Shown: positions 48,170 through 56,283 of the stretch, in pieces
Numbering within the stretch: the stretch's first letter is position 1
Layout of the letters: the number at the start of each line of letters is the position of its first letter
Assembly: GCA_025451195.1 (NCBI GenBank)
Contig: JANWKV010000038.1
Location: forward strand, 1-56,283
Direction: 5' to 3'
From: Candidatus Microgenomates bacterium
GTDB lineage: Bacteria > Patescibacteriota > Microgenomatia > Levybacterales > UBA12049
Length of the DNA: 56,283 nt
Made by a program: the position numbers and the translations under genes
The notes under the pieces: model-generated
What the model saw: the letters and a program-made list of their open reading frames with translations, nothing else
Database searches by the model: none
Told to the model about the DNA's origin: nothing

Positions 48170-48690
48170 TTATATCTTATCTGATCTATAAAGAAATACA
48201 AAATTATCTGTTTTTGCTGGCTCCCAGGTTTTAAATGAATAAGCATTAGAAATTACTCTCGCCGATTTTTTTACTTCTTTTTTTAATTTTTTTTCAAGTC
48301 TTTTCATAATATACGAAATTCCATAAACCGTAATAACATCAAACTTGGAGAAGTCTTCATTCCAAAAATTTTTCCAATGTATAAATGCATTTTTAGAAAC
48401 TCCCGCTTTATGAATTTTATCTTTGACAGTAAAACATAAAAAGGATTAATTTCATATCCGTGTGCTATCGCTCCTTTTTTTGCCATGGCAATCACAATTC
48501 TGCCGTCACCAGATCCCAAATCTAAAGTTTTTTTACCTCTTTTTATATTTGCAAATGCAATTATTTGATCTAAACTTTCAGGAACAATTCCTAAATACGG
48601 AGCTCCAGTAAAAATAGAAATGACGAGAAAAAATAAAAAAATTGCAAGACAACAAGACAAGAGAATAAAAAAAATAAAAAGGAATATCAT
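48170..48690 (-). pseudogene. Class I SAM-dependent methyltransferase, frameshifted
   Basis: DLGSGDGRIV motif. Adding one A near 48415-48418 restores ...KIKIHKAGVSKNAFIHWKNFWNEDFSKFD...MKRLEKKLKKE..., matching paralog 21755-22195. May be a sequencing indel. Confidence 0.8.
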
Positions 48691-48721
48691 TTATTAAAAT
48701 TTGTAGTATTTGTTTATTGGA

Positions 48722-50041
48722 TTATTTGCTTATTCGTCGTGCGTCTCTCCATCCGATATCCGTGCGGTAGTGCAAATTATTTCCTTCAACAGAAATTAAT
48801 TTCATAGCTTTATACGCCTTCTGTCGTGCTTCGTGAATATTTTTTCCCTCACCTGTAACATAAAATATTCTTCCTCCGTTTGCGTAAAATTTATTACTAT
48901 GGATTTTAATTCCTGCTCCATAAATTTTAACATCCGGAATTTTTGATGCCTTTTCCAAACCAAAAATTTGTTTCCCTTTTACATTTGAATAATCTCCGGG
49001 ATAACCATTTGAAGAACCCGCAACAACTATTCGTGCTTTATTATCCGTTTCTATTTTGATTGAATCAAGTTCTTCATTAATAATTGCTTCTCCAAGTTCA
49101 AAAAAATCATTTTTAATTCCCGGTATAATAACCTGTGCTTCCGGATCTCCCCATCTGGCATTAAATTCTATAATATAAACTTTTCTATCTATAATGATTC
49201 CACCCAAATATAAAATTCCTTTATAAGGCCTGGCCTCAATTTTTAGTCCGTCCAATGTTTTTTTAAATATTTTTTCCGTTTGATCTTTTATATTTTTATC
49301 TATAACAAGAGGCGGAGTTGAACATCCCATTCCACCGGTATTTTCCCCTTTATCTCCGTCGAGTGCTCTTTTATGATCTTGTGCGTATCCAATTGTCTGA
49401 AAAGTTTTTCCATCGGATATTGCAAATGCGGAAAATTCTTCCGCAAGTCCGGTTTTTGCCTGTAGCCATTTTTCAAGTAAAAAAGTTTTTGCCGAATCTC
49501 CAAATTTTTGCAGTTCTATTATTCTTTCTTCCGCTTCCGCGTTGTTTTTTGCGGGCAATGCTCCTTTGCCCTCTGCCAAACCCGACGCTTTAACAAACCA
49601 AGATTGATCTTTTTGTTTTTGCAAATACGCAATTGCTGTTTCTGTGTCGTCAAATATCTGGTATTCGGGCTGGGAAATATTATGGCGGGACATAAATTCC
49701 CGGGACCATGCTTTATTCCATTCTATTTCTCCGGCAAGTTTTGACGGACCCATTGCCATGATTCCATTTCTTAATAACTCGTCAACTAAACCAACCGCAA
49801 CAGCATTATCCTGGGCAACATCAACAAAACTTACATTTTCTTTTTTACAAATCTCTATTATTTCTTTAACACTTGTAGTTTTAAGATGGGTATAAATTTC
49901 CACGGGTTTTTTTGAAGAATGTTCCATGTAATCATTGCCCGGTATCGCGATAATTTTGGAAACATCTGGACTTTGGGAATATTTATCAACCAAAACAGAT
50001 CCCCTGCCCCCCGCGTCAATTACAACAATTGTGTTTTTCAT
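48722..50041 (-). CDS. purD: Phosphoribosylamine-glycine ligase
   Basis: VKASGLAEGKG, QDHKRALDGDKGENTGGMG, EFNARWGDPEAQ, GGR, YRTDIG. Confidence 0.95.
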   Translation of the reverse strand: MKNTIVVIDAGGRGSVLVDKYSQSPDVSKIIAIPGNDYMEHSSKKPVEIYTHLKTTSVKEIIEICKKENVSFVDVAQDNAVAVGLVDELLRNGIMAMGPSKLAGEIEWNKAWSREFMSRHNISQPEYQIFDDTETAIAYLQKQKDQSWFVKASGLAEGKGALPAKNNAEAEERIIELQKFGDSAKTFLLEKWLQAKTGLAEEFSAFAISDGKTFQTIGYAQDHKRALDGDKGENTGGMGCSTPPLVIDKNIKDQTEKIFKKTLDGLKIEARPYKGILYLGGIIIDRKVYIIEFNARWGDPEAQVIIPGIKNDFFELGEAIINEELDSIKIETDNKARIVVAGSSNGYPGDYSNVKGKQIFGLEKASKIPDVKIYGAGIKIHSNKFYANGGRIFYVTGEGKNIHEARQKAYKAMKLISVEGNNLHYRTDIGWRDARRISK

Positions 50042-50048
50042 AATTACT

Positions 50049-50084
50049 TGTTATTCCGAGCGAACAAAGTGAGTCGAGGAATCT
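50049..50084 (+). repeat. REP-like palindrome downstream of the GIY-YIG gene
   Basis: TGTTATTCCGAGCG-AACAAAGTG-AGTCGAGGAATCT; related to 54788-54815. Confidence 0.7.
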
Positions 50085-50087
50085 ATC

Positions 50088-50381
50088 TCAACTAACTAAA
50101 CTTTCGATTGAAATTTCTCGGAATTCAGGATTTATTTTGGTTATAAGTTTTATTTTCTTTTTTCTGTTCCAATTTTTTAATTGCTTTTCTCTTAGAATTG
50201 ATGATTGTGGGTTAGAGAATGTTTCATAATAAATTAGAACATTTATATTATATTTTTTTGTGAAACCTTCAACAACTTTTTGTTTATGTTCCCAAACTCT
50301 CTTAATTAGATTACTTGTAATTCCTATATAGAATTTCCCCGACAGACTCCTAAGGATATATACGAAATACTGTTTGATCAT
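50088..50381 (-). CDS. GIY-YIG nuclease family protein (stand-alone, 97 aa)
   Basis: YFVYIL...FYIGITSNL.KRVWEH...FTKKY...REKQLKNWNR.KK..LI...NP. Start re-called to ATG at 50381. Confidence 0.93.
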   Translation of the reverse strand: MIKQYFVYILRSLSGKFYIGITSNLIKRVWEHKQKVVEGFTKKYNINVLIYYETFSNPQSSILREKQLKNWNRKKKIKLITKINPEFREISIESLVS

Positions 50382-50395
50382 AAAACAACATGAAT

Positions 50396-50423
50396 GGGTC
50401 CCTCGACTTTTCCCGGGATGATA
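50396..50423 (-). repeat. REP-like palindrome upstream of the GIY-YIG gene (inverted relative to 50049-50084)
   Basis: Reverse complement TATCATCCCGGGAAAAGTCGAGGGACCC resembles GTCATCCCGAGCGAAGTCGAGGGATCTC at 54788. Confidence 0.7.
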
Positions 50424-50427
50424 ATAA

Positions 50428-51843
50428 CTACACTTTAAAGTTGATATTTTTAGCGTGTTCTCCAATGTCTATCGGGTATTTGCCTGTAAAACAACTCGTA
50501 CAAAATTTTTCTTCCGGAATCCCGGTTGCTTTAATCAATCCTTCATAGGATAAATATTGCAATGTATCTGCCCCGACAAAATTTCTGATCTCTTCAACAC
50601 TCATTTGGGCTGCTATTAATTCCTGCTGTGTTGGCGTTGCAATTCCGTAAAAATCCGGATACTTGACTTCAGGAGATGCGGAAAGTAAGTGTACTTCTTT
50701 TGCTCCTGCATTTCTCACCATATGAACAAGCTTTTTACTTGTTGTACCCCTTACTATTGAATCGTCAATAACGATAACTCTTTTTCCTTTTAATATTTCT
50801 TTCATTGGAATAAGTTTAAGCTTTACGTCTTTTTCGCGCATTACATGTACGGGATTTATAAATGTTCGGTGGATATAACTGTTTTTTAAAAGTCCGTGAT
50901 CAAATTTTATCCCTGATTCTTCTGCATATCCAAGACTTGCCGGTATTGCACTGTTTGGCACAGGCACAACAATATCCGCATCAATTTTTTTCTCCCTTGC
51001 CAGTTGCCTGCCCATTTCCCGTCTAATTTCATTAATACTCTTCCCGTACAAAAAACTGTCCGGCCTGGAAAAGTAAACGAACTCAAAAATATCAAGCTTT
51101 TCAACAGTTTTTTTAGCAATCTGGTAACTATGTAAGCCGTTATCATCTATAACAATCATTTCTCCCGGTTTAACATCCCTGACAAATTCTGCGTTAATAC
51201 TATCCAGTCCGCAAGTCTCGGAAGATATCGCGTAACCTTCATCGTTATTTAATTTCCCGATTGAAAAAGGCCTTATTCCATGCGCATCGCGAAGACCAAT
51301 GACTTTATTTTTTGTAAGAATAACCAAAGAAAATGCCCCTGTAAAAAGAGGGAAGCTTTTTTCGATTGCTTCTTCAACAGACATTTCTTTTAGCATATAA
51401 AATTCAATTACTTCCTGTATTAACTCGCTATCATTATGGTGGTCTAAACCCTTACCTGTATTTTTTATGAGGAATTCCCGTAGTTTGTCTACTGTTGGTA
51501 AATTTCCATTATGTGCAACTGCAACAAGATTGTGTTCTGTATAGCAAGGTTGAAAATGGCTAAATGGACTTCCAAAAGTAGAATATCTATTATGCCCTAT
51601 TGCCATGTGACCGGGAAGTTTATTGAGGGCCTCTTCCGTATGCACGCTTGCAACAAGGCCTGGTCCTTTATTTGTCCTGATTGTTTCCCCATCTGCGGTA
51701 CTTATACCTGTTGCCTCTTGTCCTCTGTGTTGAAGTGCCCAAAGTGCGGTGCAAACAAGTCTTGCTGCGTAATGAGTTTTTGTATATACGCCAAAAACTG
51801 CACATTTTTCGCTCAGTTCCGGAGTAAAATCTTGAGAGATCAT
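50428..51843 (-). CDS. purF: Amidophosphoribosyltransferase
   Basis: Propeptide then CAVFG, LQHRGQE, GHNRYST, HNGN, FEFVYFSRPDS, DDSIVRGTT, C.SCFTG.YP. Confidence 0.97.
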   Translation of the reverse strand: MISQDFTPELSEKCAVFGVYTKTHYAARLVCTALWALQHRGQEATGISTADGETIRTNKGPGLVASVHTEEALNKLPGHMAIGHNRYSTFGSPFSHFQPCYTEHNLVAVAHNGNLPTVDKLREFLIKNTGKGLDHHNDSELIQEVIEFYMLKEMSVEEAIEKSFPLFTGAFSLVILTKNKVIGLRDAHGIRPFSIGKLNNDEGYAISSETCGLDSINAEFVRDVKPGEMIVIDDNGLHSYQIAKKTVEKLDIFEFVYFSRPDSFLYGKSINEIRREMGRQLAREKKIDADIVVPVPNSAIPASLGYAEESGIKFDHGLLKNSYIHRTFINPVHVMREKDVKLKLIPMKEILKGKRVIVIDDSIVRGTTSKKLVHMVRNAGAKEVHLLSASPEVKYPDFYGIATPTQQELIAAQMSVEEIRNFVGADTLQYLSYEGLIKATGIPEEKFCTSCFTGKYPIDIGEHAKNINFKV

Positions 51844-51934
51844 CGGTGAAACCTGTTAAGTTTCATGTTTATAATATAACATTATTGTATTTAATTCAAG
51901 CATGATGTTGTCAGAAACTTAAAGACATCATATC

Positions 51935-51962
51935 TTGACTGAACAAAAAAAGCTGATATAAT
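51935..51962 (+). promoter_or_regulatory. Sigma70 promoter of the SAM-riboswitch leader
   Basis: TTGACT-16 nt-TATAAT with TG extension, ending 6 nt before riboswitch P1. Confidence 0.7.
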
Positions 51963-51968
51963 ATATTT

Positions 51969-52087
51969 AAATCAAGAGTGATGGATAGAGGTTTGGTTCT
52001 TTGACCCATCCGGCAACCGACAAGAAACGGTGCCACACCCAAAAAGGATTTGTCCTTAAATTAAGCGAAGGAAAAATTTTTTTTGTT
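51969..52087 (+). ncRNA. SAM riboswitch, SAM-I/IV-like (no P4)
   Basis: P1 AAATC/GATTT (51969-73 / 52047-51), ATCAAGAG, P3 GGCAACCG/CGGTGCC, P5 TCCTT/AAGGA, and L3 ACAAGAAA complementary to downstream TTTTTTGT; upstream of a methionine synthase homolog. Confidence 0.85.
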
Positions 52088-52091
52088 ATTT

Positions 52092-52157
52092 ATGAAGACT
52101 TACAAAAACTACATGATGGAAATGATGCAAAACTCCTACTGGGAGGTTTTAGCGTAG
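52092..52157 (+). CDS. Putative Met-rich attenuator leader peptide (21 aa)
   Basis: MKTYKNYMMEMMQNSYWEVLA*; ATG-ATG-GAA-ATG-ATG at 52113-52127; overlaps the alternative hairpins. Confidence 0.75.
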   Translation: MKTYKNYMMEMMQNSYWEVLA

Positions 52158-52179
52158 TTTCCTAATTAAGTTAGAACGC

Positions 52180-52204
52180 AACCTCCCAAACGGGAGGTTT
52201 TTTT
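52180..52204 (+). terminator. Attenuator terminator (3:4 hairpin)
   Basis: AACCTCCC-AAAC-GGGAGGTT ending in a T run; the 5' arm is also complementary to GGGAGGTT at 52141-52148. Confidence 0.88.
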
Positions 52205-52246
52205 ATGCAGATCTCGCTGACACGAAGTGAGGCTTAGATATGCATA

Positions 52247-52274
52247 ATCCGCCGAAGCCTTGGCGAAGGTGGAT
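52247..52274. repeat. GC-rich REP-like palindrome
   Basis: ATCCGCC-GAAGCCTTGGCGAA-GGTGGAT. Confidence 0.5.
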
Positions 52275-52286
52275 ATTGGAAATAAT

Positions 52287-53366
52287 ATGAAACTCAAACA
52301 AAATAAAATACTCACAGCGATTGTTGGAAGTTATCCAAAACCAAAATATGTCTTTAAAAAATCGGGCAGGAAGCTGCTTGATAGTGTTGGTCTTGATTTT
52401 TATGCTGCGGAAAAAAATTCTGATAAAAAAACTTTTAAAAAACTTTTAGACAAAGCATCAATAAATGCAATAAAAGATCAAAATTCGGCCAACATAGATT
52501 TTATAACAGACGGAGAAGAAAGAAGAGGCCATTATGTTTTGCATATTCTCAAAGGATTAAAAGGGATTAACTTTAAAAAACTTTCAACAATAGAAATCAG
52601 AGGAGGTACTTACAAAAGAGTTGTCCCAACAATCGTCGACCAAATCAAATACGGATCTCCAATCGTTGTAAAAGAATTCTTGTTTACAAAAAAACATGCA
52701 AAAAATATTGCAAAAATAGGGCTCCCCGGCCCTTCAACAGTAATTGATTGCGTTGCGGATGAATTTTATAATGGAAATCAGGAAAAACTTGCTTTTGATT
52801 ACGCAAATGCTATTCGAAACGAAGTAAAAGCATTAATTGATGTCGGATGTAAAGTGATCCAATTCGATGACCCGGTTCTTCTTAGATATCCAAAAAAAGC
52901 TAAGGACTGGGGTTTAAAAGCACTTCAAGCGTGTTTTAAGGGACTGGAAAATAAAGCATATTTTATTGTTCATATTTGCTGCGGATACCCAAATAAACCT
53001 CTTGAGAAAAAAGGAATTTCTTACAAAGCAAACAGTAATTATTACAAAGACATTTTAAACTGGTTGTCAAAATCAACTTTGGACGCAGTATCTATTGAAG
53101 GAGCCCAAAGCAATCTTGATTTATCAAGTTTATCCTCCATAGGCAAAAAAACAGTAATGCTTGGCGTTTTAGATGTTGGAAATAATAAAGTCGAATCTGT
53201 TTCCTCTTTGGTAAATAGAGGAAAGGATGCTCTTAAATATATTAAAAAAGAACAACTGATACTAGGGCCAGACTGCGGAATGCTTGAGTTAACTAGATTT
53301 TCAGCAAAGAAAAAATTAGCTAATCTTGCAAAAGTGGCAAAAATTCTTAATGGAGGTGAGAATTAA
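52287..53366 (+). CDS. Cobalamin-independent methionine synthase II family (MetE catalytic-domain-only)
   Basis: VGSYPKP, ITDGEERR, IQFDDP; Zn ligands HICCG, E, PDCG; 359 aa without the duplicated N-terminal barrel. Start re-called to ATG at 52287. Confidence 0.9.
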   Translation: MKLKQNKILTAIVGSYPKPKYVFKKSGRKLLDSVGLDFYAAEKNSDKKTFKKLLDKASINAIKDQNSANIDFITDGEERRGHYVLHILKGLKGINFKKLSTIEIRGGTYKRVVPTIVDQIKYGSPIVVKEFLFTKKHAKNIAKIGLPGPSTVIDCVADEFYNGNQEKLAFDYANAIRNEVKALIDVGCKVIQFDDPVLLRYPKKAKDWGLKALQACFKGLENKAYFIVHICCGYPNKPLEKKGISYKANSNYYKDILNWLSKSTLDAVSIEGAQSNLDLSSLSSIGKKTVMLGVLDVGNNKVESVSSLVNRGKDALKYIKKEQLILGPDCGMLELTRFSAKKKLANLAKVAKILNGGEN

Positions 53367-53367
53367 A

Positions 53368-54156
53368 ATGTCAGCAGTAGAAACATCGGAACAATATGAT
53401 TATGACGGTACCTACAAACTTGGAGAACAACCTGTTCATCCGGTTGTCTTAGATGCTCTTAAAGGAGTTGATTCTCAACTTCACCCAGGAGATATAATTC
53501 TCGATTTGGGATCTGGTCCTGGAAGATTAAGTCACGAGGCACCTACAGTAAATGCATATTTTATTGCTATTGATGGAGATCCGGAGGCGGTTAGACAATA
53601 TAATGAAAGCGCATCATCCAGAGGGTCCAGTGATAGAGCCCATCATGGTGATATAAGACAACTCGAACAAACTCTTTCTCAAACGGGGGTGGATAGAAGA
53701 AGATTACGAGGTGCTGTTTTTCATAGAGTTCTTCATGTGCTTGATCCTCAAGAACAGGTTGATGTATTAAAACAGACAAGAAGAGCTCTTAGGCCAAATT
53801 CAACAATTATTGTCACTTCAGCAGCGGACGATGACCATAAAGCACAGGCTCTTCGTGCACGAGGTTTGTATTCTCCCGATGCCGTTAACAATTGTGCTCC
53901 GGTAATGTCCGGACTTCCTGAGGAAACAACCTTTTTTGGAGTTCATTTCGCAGACGAAAAACACTTAAAAAATTTGGCAAAAAGTTCTCATCTTCGTCTA
54001 CGAAACCAGTCGGTCCGTAGGATTAGAGAAAGAAGCGGATATTCCGATGCAACAAATTCTTATATTTTTGCAGAGTTTCAAACACCCGGAAGATTATTCT
54101 ATGCTAAAGAAAAACTTTTGGATTCAACTGTAAGAAGAGTTAGGCGAAGACCATAA
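53368..54156 (+). CDS. Class I SAM-dependent methyltransferase
   Basis: ILDLGSGPG, AID, GDI, VLHVL, LRP motifs; RBS GGAGGTG before ATG at 53368. Confidence 0.85.
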   Translation: MSAVETSEQYDYDGTYKLGEQPVHPVVLDALKGVDSQLHPGDIILDLGSGPGRLSHEAPTVNAYFIAIDGDPEAVRQYNESASSRGSSDRAHHGDIRQLEQTLSQTGVDRRRLRGAVFHRVLHVLDPQEQVDVLKQTRRALRPNSTIIVTSAADDDHKAQALRARGLYSPDAVNNCAPVMSGLPEETTFFGVHFADEKHLKNLAKSSHLRLRNQSVRRIRERSGYSDATNSYIFAEFQTPGRLFYAKEKLLDSTVRRVRRRP

Positions 54157-54203
54157 CTATCTAAACAAAAATGTCTCTTATAATAAGCCGATAAAAGAAT
54201 TAC

Positions 54204-54920
54204 ATGAACATTTTGGAAGTTAATATGTTTAAAAATTATCTAAAACAAATCGGTCTTGAGTATTTAATAAAAGATATTGAAAAAATAGATCTTAACAATT
54301 TTGTTAAGGATGCATTTGAACAAAATTTCCAAAATTTATCTGATAAAGAAATACAAAATTTATATGTTTATGATGTTCCAAAATTATCTGCAGATGGCAG
54401 TTGCAGTATTCTGGAAGAAAAGAATGAAACTCCATATGATCTATCACAAATATTTGGTACTTCCCCTTCTCAAACACTTTATCTTTGGAGACTAAAGCAG
54501 ATTGTAAAAAAATTATATGAACTGACAGGCGTTGATTGGTTGGGAATTTATAAAAAAACGAACAACACTAAAAATGAACCAGTTTTGGTTAAAGAATCTT
54601 ATCTTGGACTTTTTAGTAGGCCAGAATTTCCACTAACAAAAGAGTTTGCCAAAAAATCAAATAATTCAACAGTTGGTCTAACGGGAAAAGCAAAAGTAAT
54701 TCAGGATGTGTCCAGTAATGAAGGTCCATACTATAAATGCGATGGAAAAGTTCAAAGTGAATTTTGCTTGCCAATAATTTCCCCTAAGTCATCCCGAGCG
54801 AAGTCGAGGGATCTCGTTATTGGAATAATAGATGCCGAAAGCTTCTCTACTAATTTTTTTACTAGCGAACGCTTACTCCAAATTGCCAAAGTGGCATACG
54901 ATTTAGAAAATATGGCTTGA
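54204..54920 (+). CDS. GAF-domain protein, free methionine-R-sulfoxide reductase (MsrC/YebR)-like
   Basis: DWLGIY...VIQDV...YYKCDGKVQSEFCLPI...IGIIDAES....F. Confidence 0.7.
   Translation: MNILEVNMFKNYLKQIGLEYLIKDIEKIDLNNFVKDAFEQNFQNLSDKEIQNLYVYDVPKLSADGSCSILEEKNETPYDLSQIFGTSPSQTLYLWRLKQIVKKLYELTGVDWLGIYKKTNNTKNEPVLVKESYLGLFSRPEFPLTKEFAKKSNNSTVGLTGKAKVIQDVSSNEGPYYKCDGKVQSEFCLPIISPKSSRAKSRDLVIGIIDAESFSTNFFTSERLLQIAKVAYDLENMA
54788..54815 (+). repeat. REP-like palindrome in-frame within the GAF gene
   Basis: GTCATCCCGAGCGAAGTCGAGGGATCTC, read as SSRAKSRDL between LPI and IGIID. Confidence 0.75.
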
Positions 54921-54941
54921 AGCAAATATTCGTAGAAGCAA

Positions 54942-56051
54942 TTATTTTTTTACTATCTTTTCCCAGGGGAATTCTTCGCGGCCAAAATGTCCATAAGATG
55001 CAGTAGGTAAATAAATTGCTCTTTGTAGTTTAAGTCCTTTTAAAATACCACTTACTGATGTGTCCAAAATTTTTGCTGCAAAATCATTAATTGTGTTTCC
55101 ATTTACTTTTTCTGTTCCAAAAGTTTCAACCTCTTGCATAAGTGGTTTTTTAGCTCCAATAAAGTAAGCAAGTCTTACTTCTGCCCTATCTGCCAATTTA
55201 TTCGCAACAATATTTTTTGCAATAAAACGCGCGGCATATGCACCGGATCTGTCTACTTTTGTTGGATCTTTACCGGAAAATGCTCCGCCTCCAACTTTTG
55301 CATAACCACCATATGTATCAACAACAATTTTTCTGCCAGTAACTCCACTATCTGCAGATGGTCCCCCATGATGCCAAACTCCTGTTCCATTAACAATTAA
55401 ATTTTTCTCATCAACTTTAAATCCATATTTTTTTAAAACAGGTGTAACAACTTTTTTATATAAATCATTTTTGACTTGTTCTAATTTTATCTTTTCACTG
55501 TGTGGGACAGCCAAAACAACAGTACTAACTTTGTGTGGTTTACCATCTTTATACTCCACCGTTACCTGACTTTTACCATCTGGTCTAAGGTATGGAAGAA
55601 TCTTTTTTTCGCGGATGGTATCTATTTTTTTTGTAAGTTCATGGGCAAGAGTTATTGGAAGAGGCATTAATTGAGGGGTTTCACGTACTGCAAACCCAAA
55701 CATCATACCCTGATCCCCTGCTCCCGCATCATCTACCCCAACAGAAATTTCTGGAGATTGTGCATGTATATGAACGGCAATTGGGGAAATATACGAAAAT
55801 CCTGATTTTTTATCTGTGTAACCAAGTCTTTTAATTTGCTCTCTGGCCACTTTTTCAAAATTTATTTTTGCTTTTGTTTTTACTTCTCCAGCTAGAATAA
55901 TATGACCGTGTGCTGCCATTGTTTCCACTGCAACTCTTCCTGTTGGATCTTGTTTTAAAACAGCATCAACAATTGCGTCACTAATTTGGTCGCAAATTTT
56001 GTCCGGATGACCCGCACAAACCGATTCAGAAGTAAAAGTATATGTACTCAT
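54942..56051 (-). CDS. metK: S-adenosylmethionine synthetase
   Basis: FTSESVCAGHPDKICDQISD, GAGDQG, GGGAFSGKDPTKVDRSGAY, YGHFGR. Confidence 0.98.
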   Translation of the reverse strand: MSTYTFTSESVCAGHPDKICDQISDAIVDAVLKQDPTGRVAVETMAAHGHIILAGEVKTKAKINFEKVAREQIKRLGYTDKKSGFSYISPIAVHIHAQSPEISVGVDDAGAGDQGMMFGFAVRETPQLMPLPITLAHELTKKIDTIREKKILPYLRPDGKSQVTVEYKDGKPHKVSTVVLAVPHSEKIKLEQVKNDLYKKVVTPVLKKYGFKVDEKNLIVNGTGVWHHGGPSADSGVTGRKIVVDTYGGYAKVGGGAFSGKDPTKVDRSGAYAARFIAKNIVANKLADRAEVRLAYFIGAKKPLMQEVETFGTEKVNGNTINDFAAKILDTSVSGILKGLKLQRAIYLPTASYGHFGREEFPWEKIVKK

Positions 56052-56156
56052 AAAAATTGAATTATCCTCCTTATCTTACTTTTCGCCTTACCTACTATTC
56101 GTAGCACGGCTCAAAAAGCGATTTCTGGAGGATTGTTTTTCTGCAAGCAGAAAAAC

Positions 56157-56182
56157 AAAAAACTCTTCCAAAAAGGAAGAGT
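56157..56182 (-). terminator. Terminator of the metK SAM-riboswitch expression platform
   Basis: Minus strand ACTCTTCC-TTTTT-GGAAGAGT-TTTTT; TCTTCC can alternatively pair with GGAAGA at the aptamer 3' end. Confidence 0.8.
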
Positions 56183-56194
56183 GATAATAAAGTC

Positions 56195-56283
56195 TTTATC
56201 TTCCTTCTTTGGCCCGCCTGTCATCGCTTGAGGCGAAGACAATAGCGGACAGGAATTGGCACCGTACTTTTGGTTGCCGGTAG
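56195..56283 (-). ncRNA. SAM-I riboswitch upstream of metK, 3' half (5' part beyond the window)
   Basis: Minus strand GGCAACC-AAAAGTAC-GGTGCCAATTCC...P4...GGAAGATAA. Confidence 0.85.

Overview
AT-rich chromosomal window from a small-genome bacterium, most likely Patescibacteria/CPR (Microgenomates-like). This is inferred from gene content, single-TM Pro/Thr-rich surface proteins and near-absence of Shine-Dalgarno sites. It carries housekeeping genes (htrA fragment, S41 protease, rpsR-ssb-rpsF, ychF, msrB, FKBP, purF/purD, metK), an envelope-stress module, two split transketolase pairs and a flavinylation/redox cluster. The most striking items are: (1) a 1686-aa alpha-2-macroglobulin with an intact CVEQ thioester motif and a 128-aa Hint domain (Cys...His-Asn|Gln, non-splicing BIL type) inserted at the bait region, suggesting a self-triggering macroglobulin; (2) a SAM-I/IV-like riboswitch followed directly by an unannotated Met-rich leader peptide (MKTYKNYMMEMMQNSYWEVLA) with classical attenuator geometry, upstream of a methionine-salvage-type operon; (3) a cobalamin-riboswitch operon that appears to encode the beta and alpha domains of a transcobalamin-like fold as separate surface proteins plus a small membrane transporter; (4) a GIY-YIG nuclease bracketed by inverted REP-like palindromes, with related copies dispersed through the window, two of them in-frame inside proteins. 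All family assignments come from motif recognition by eye; no searches were run.
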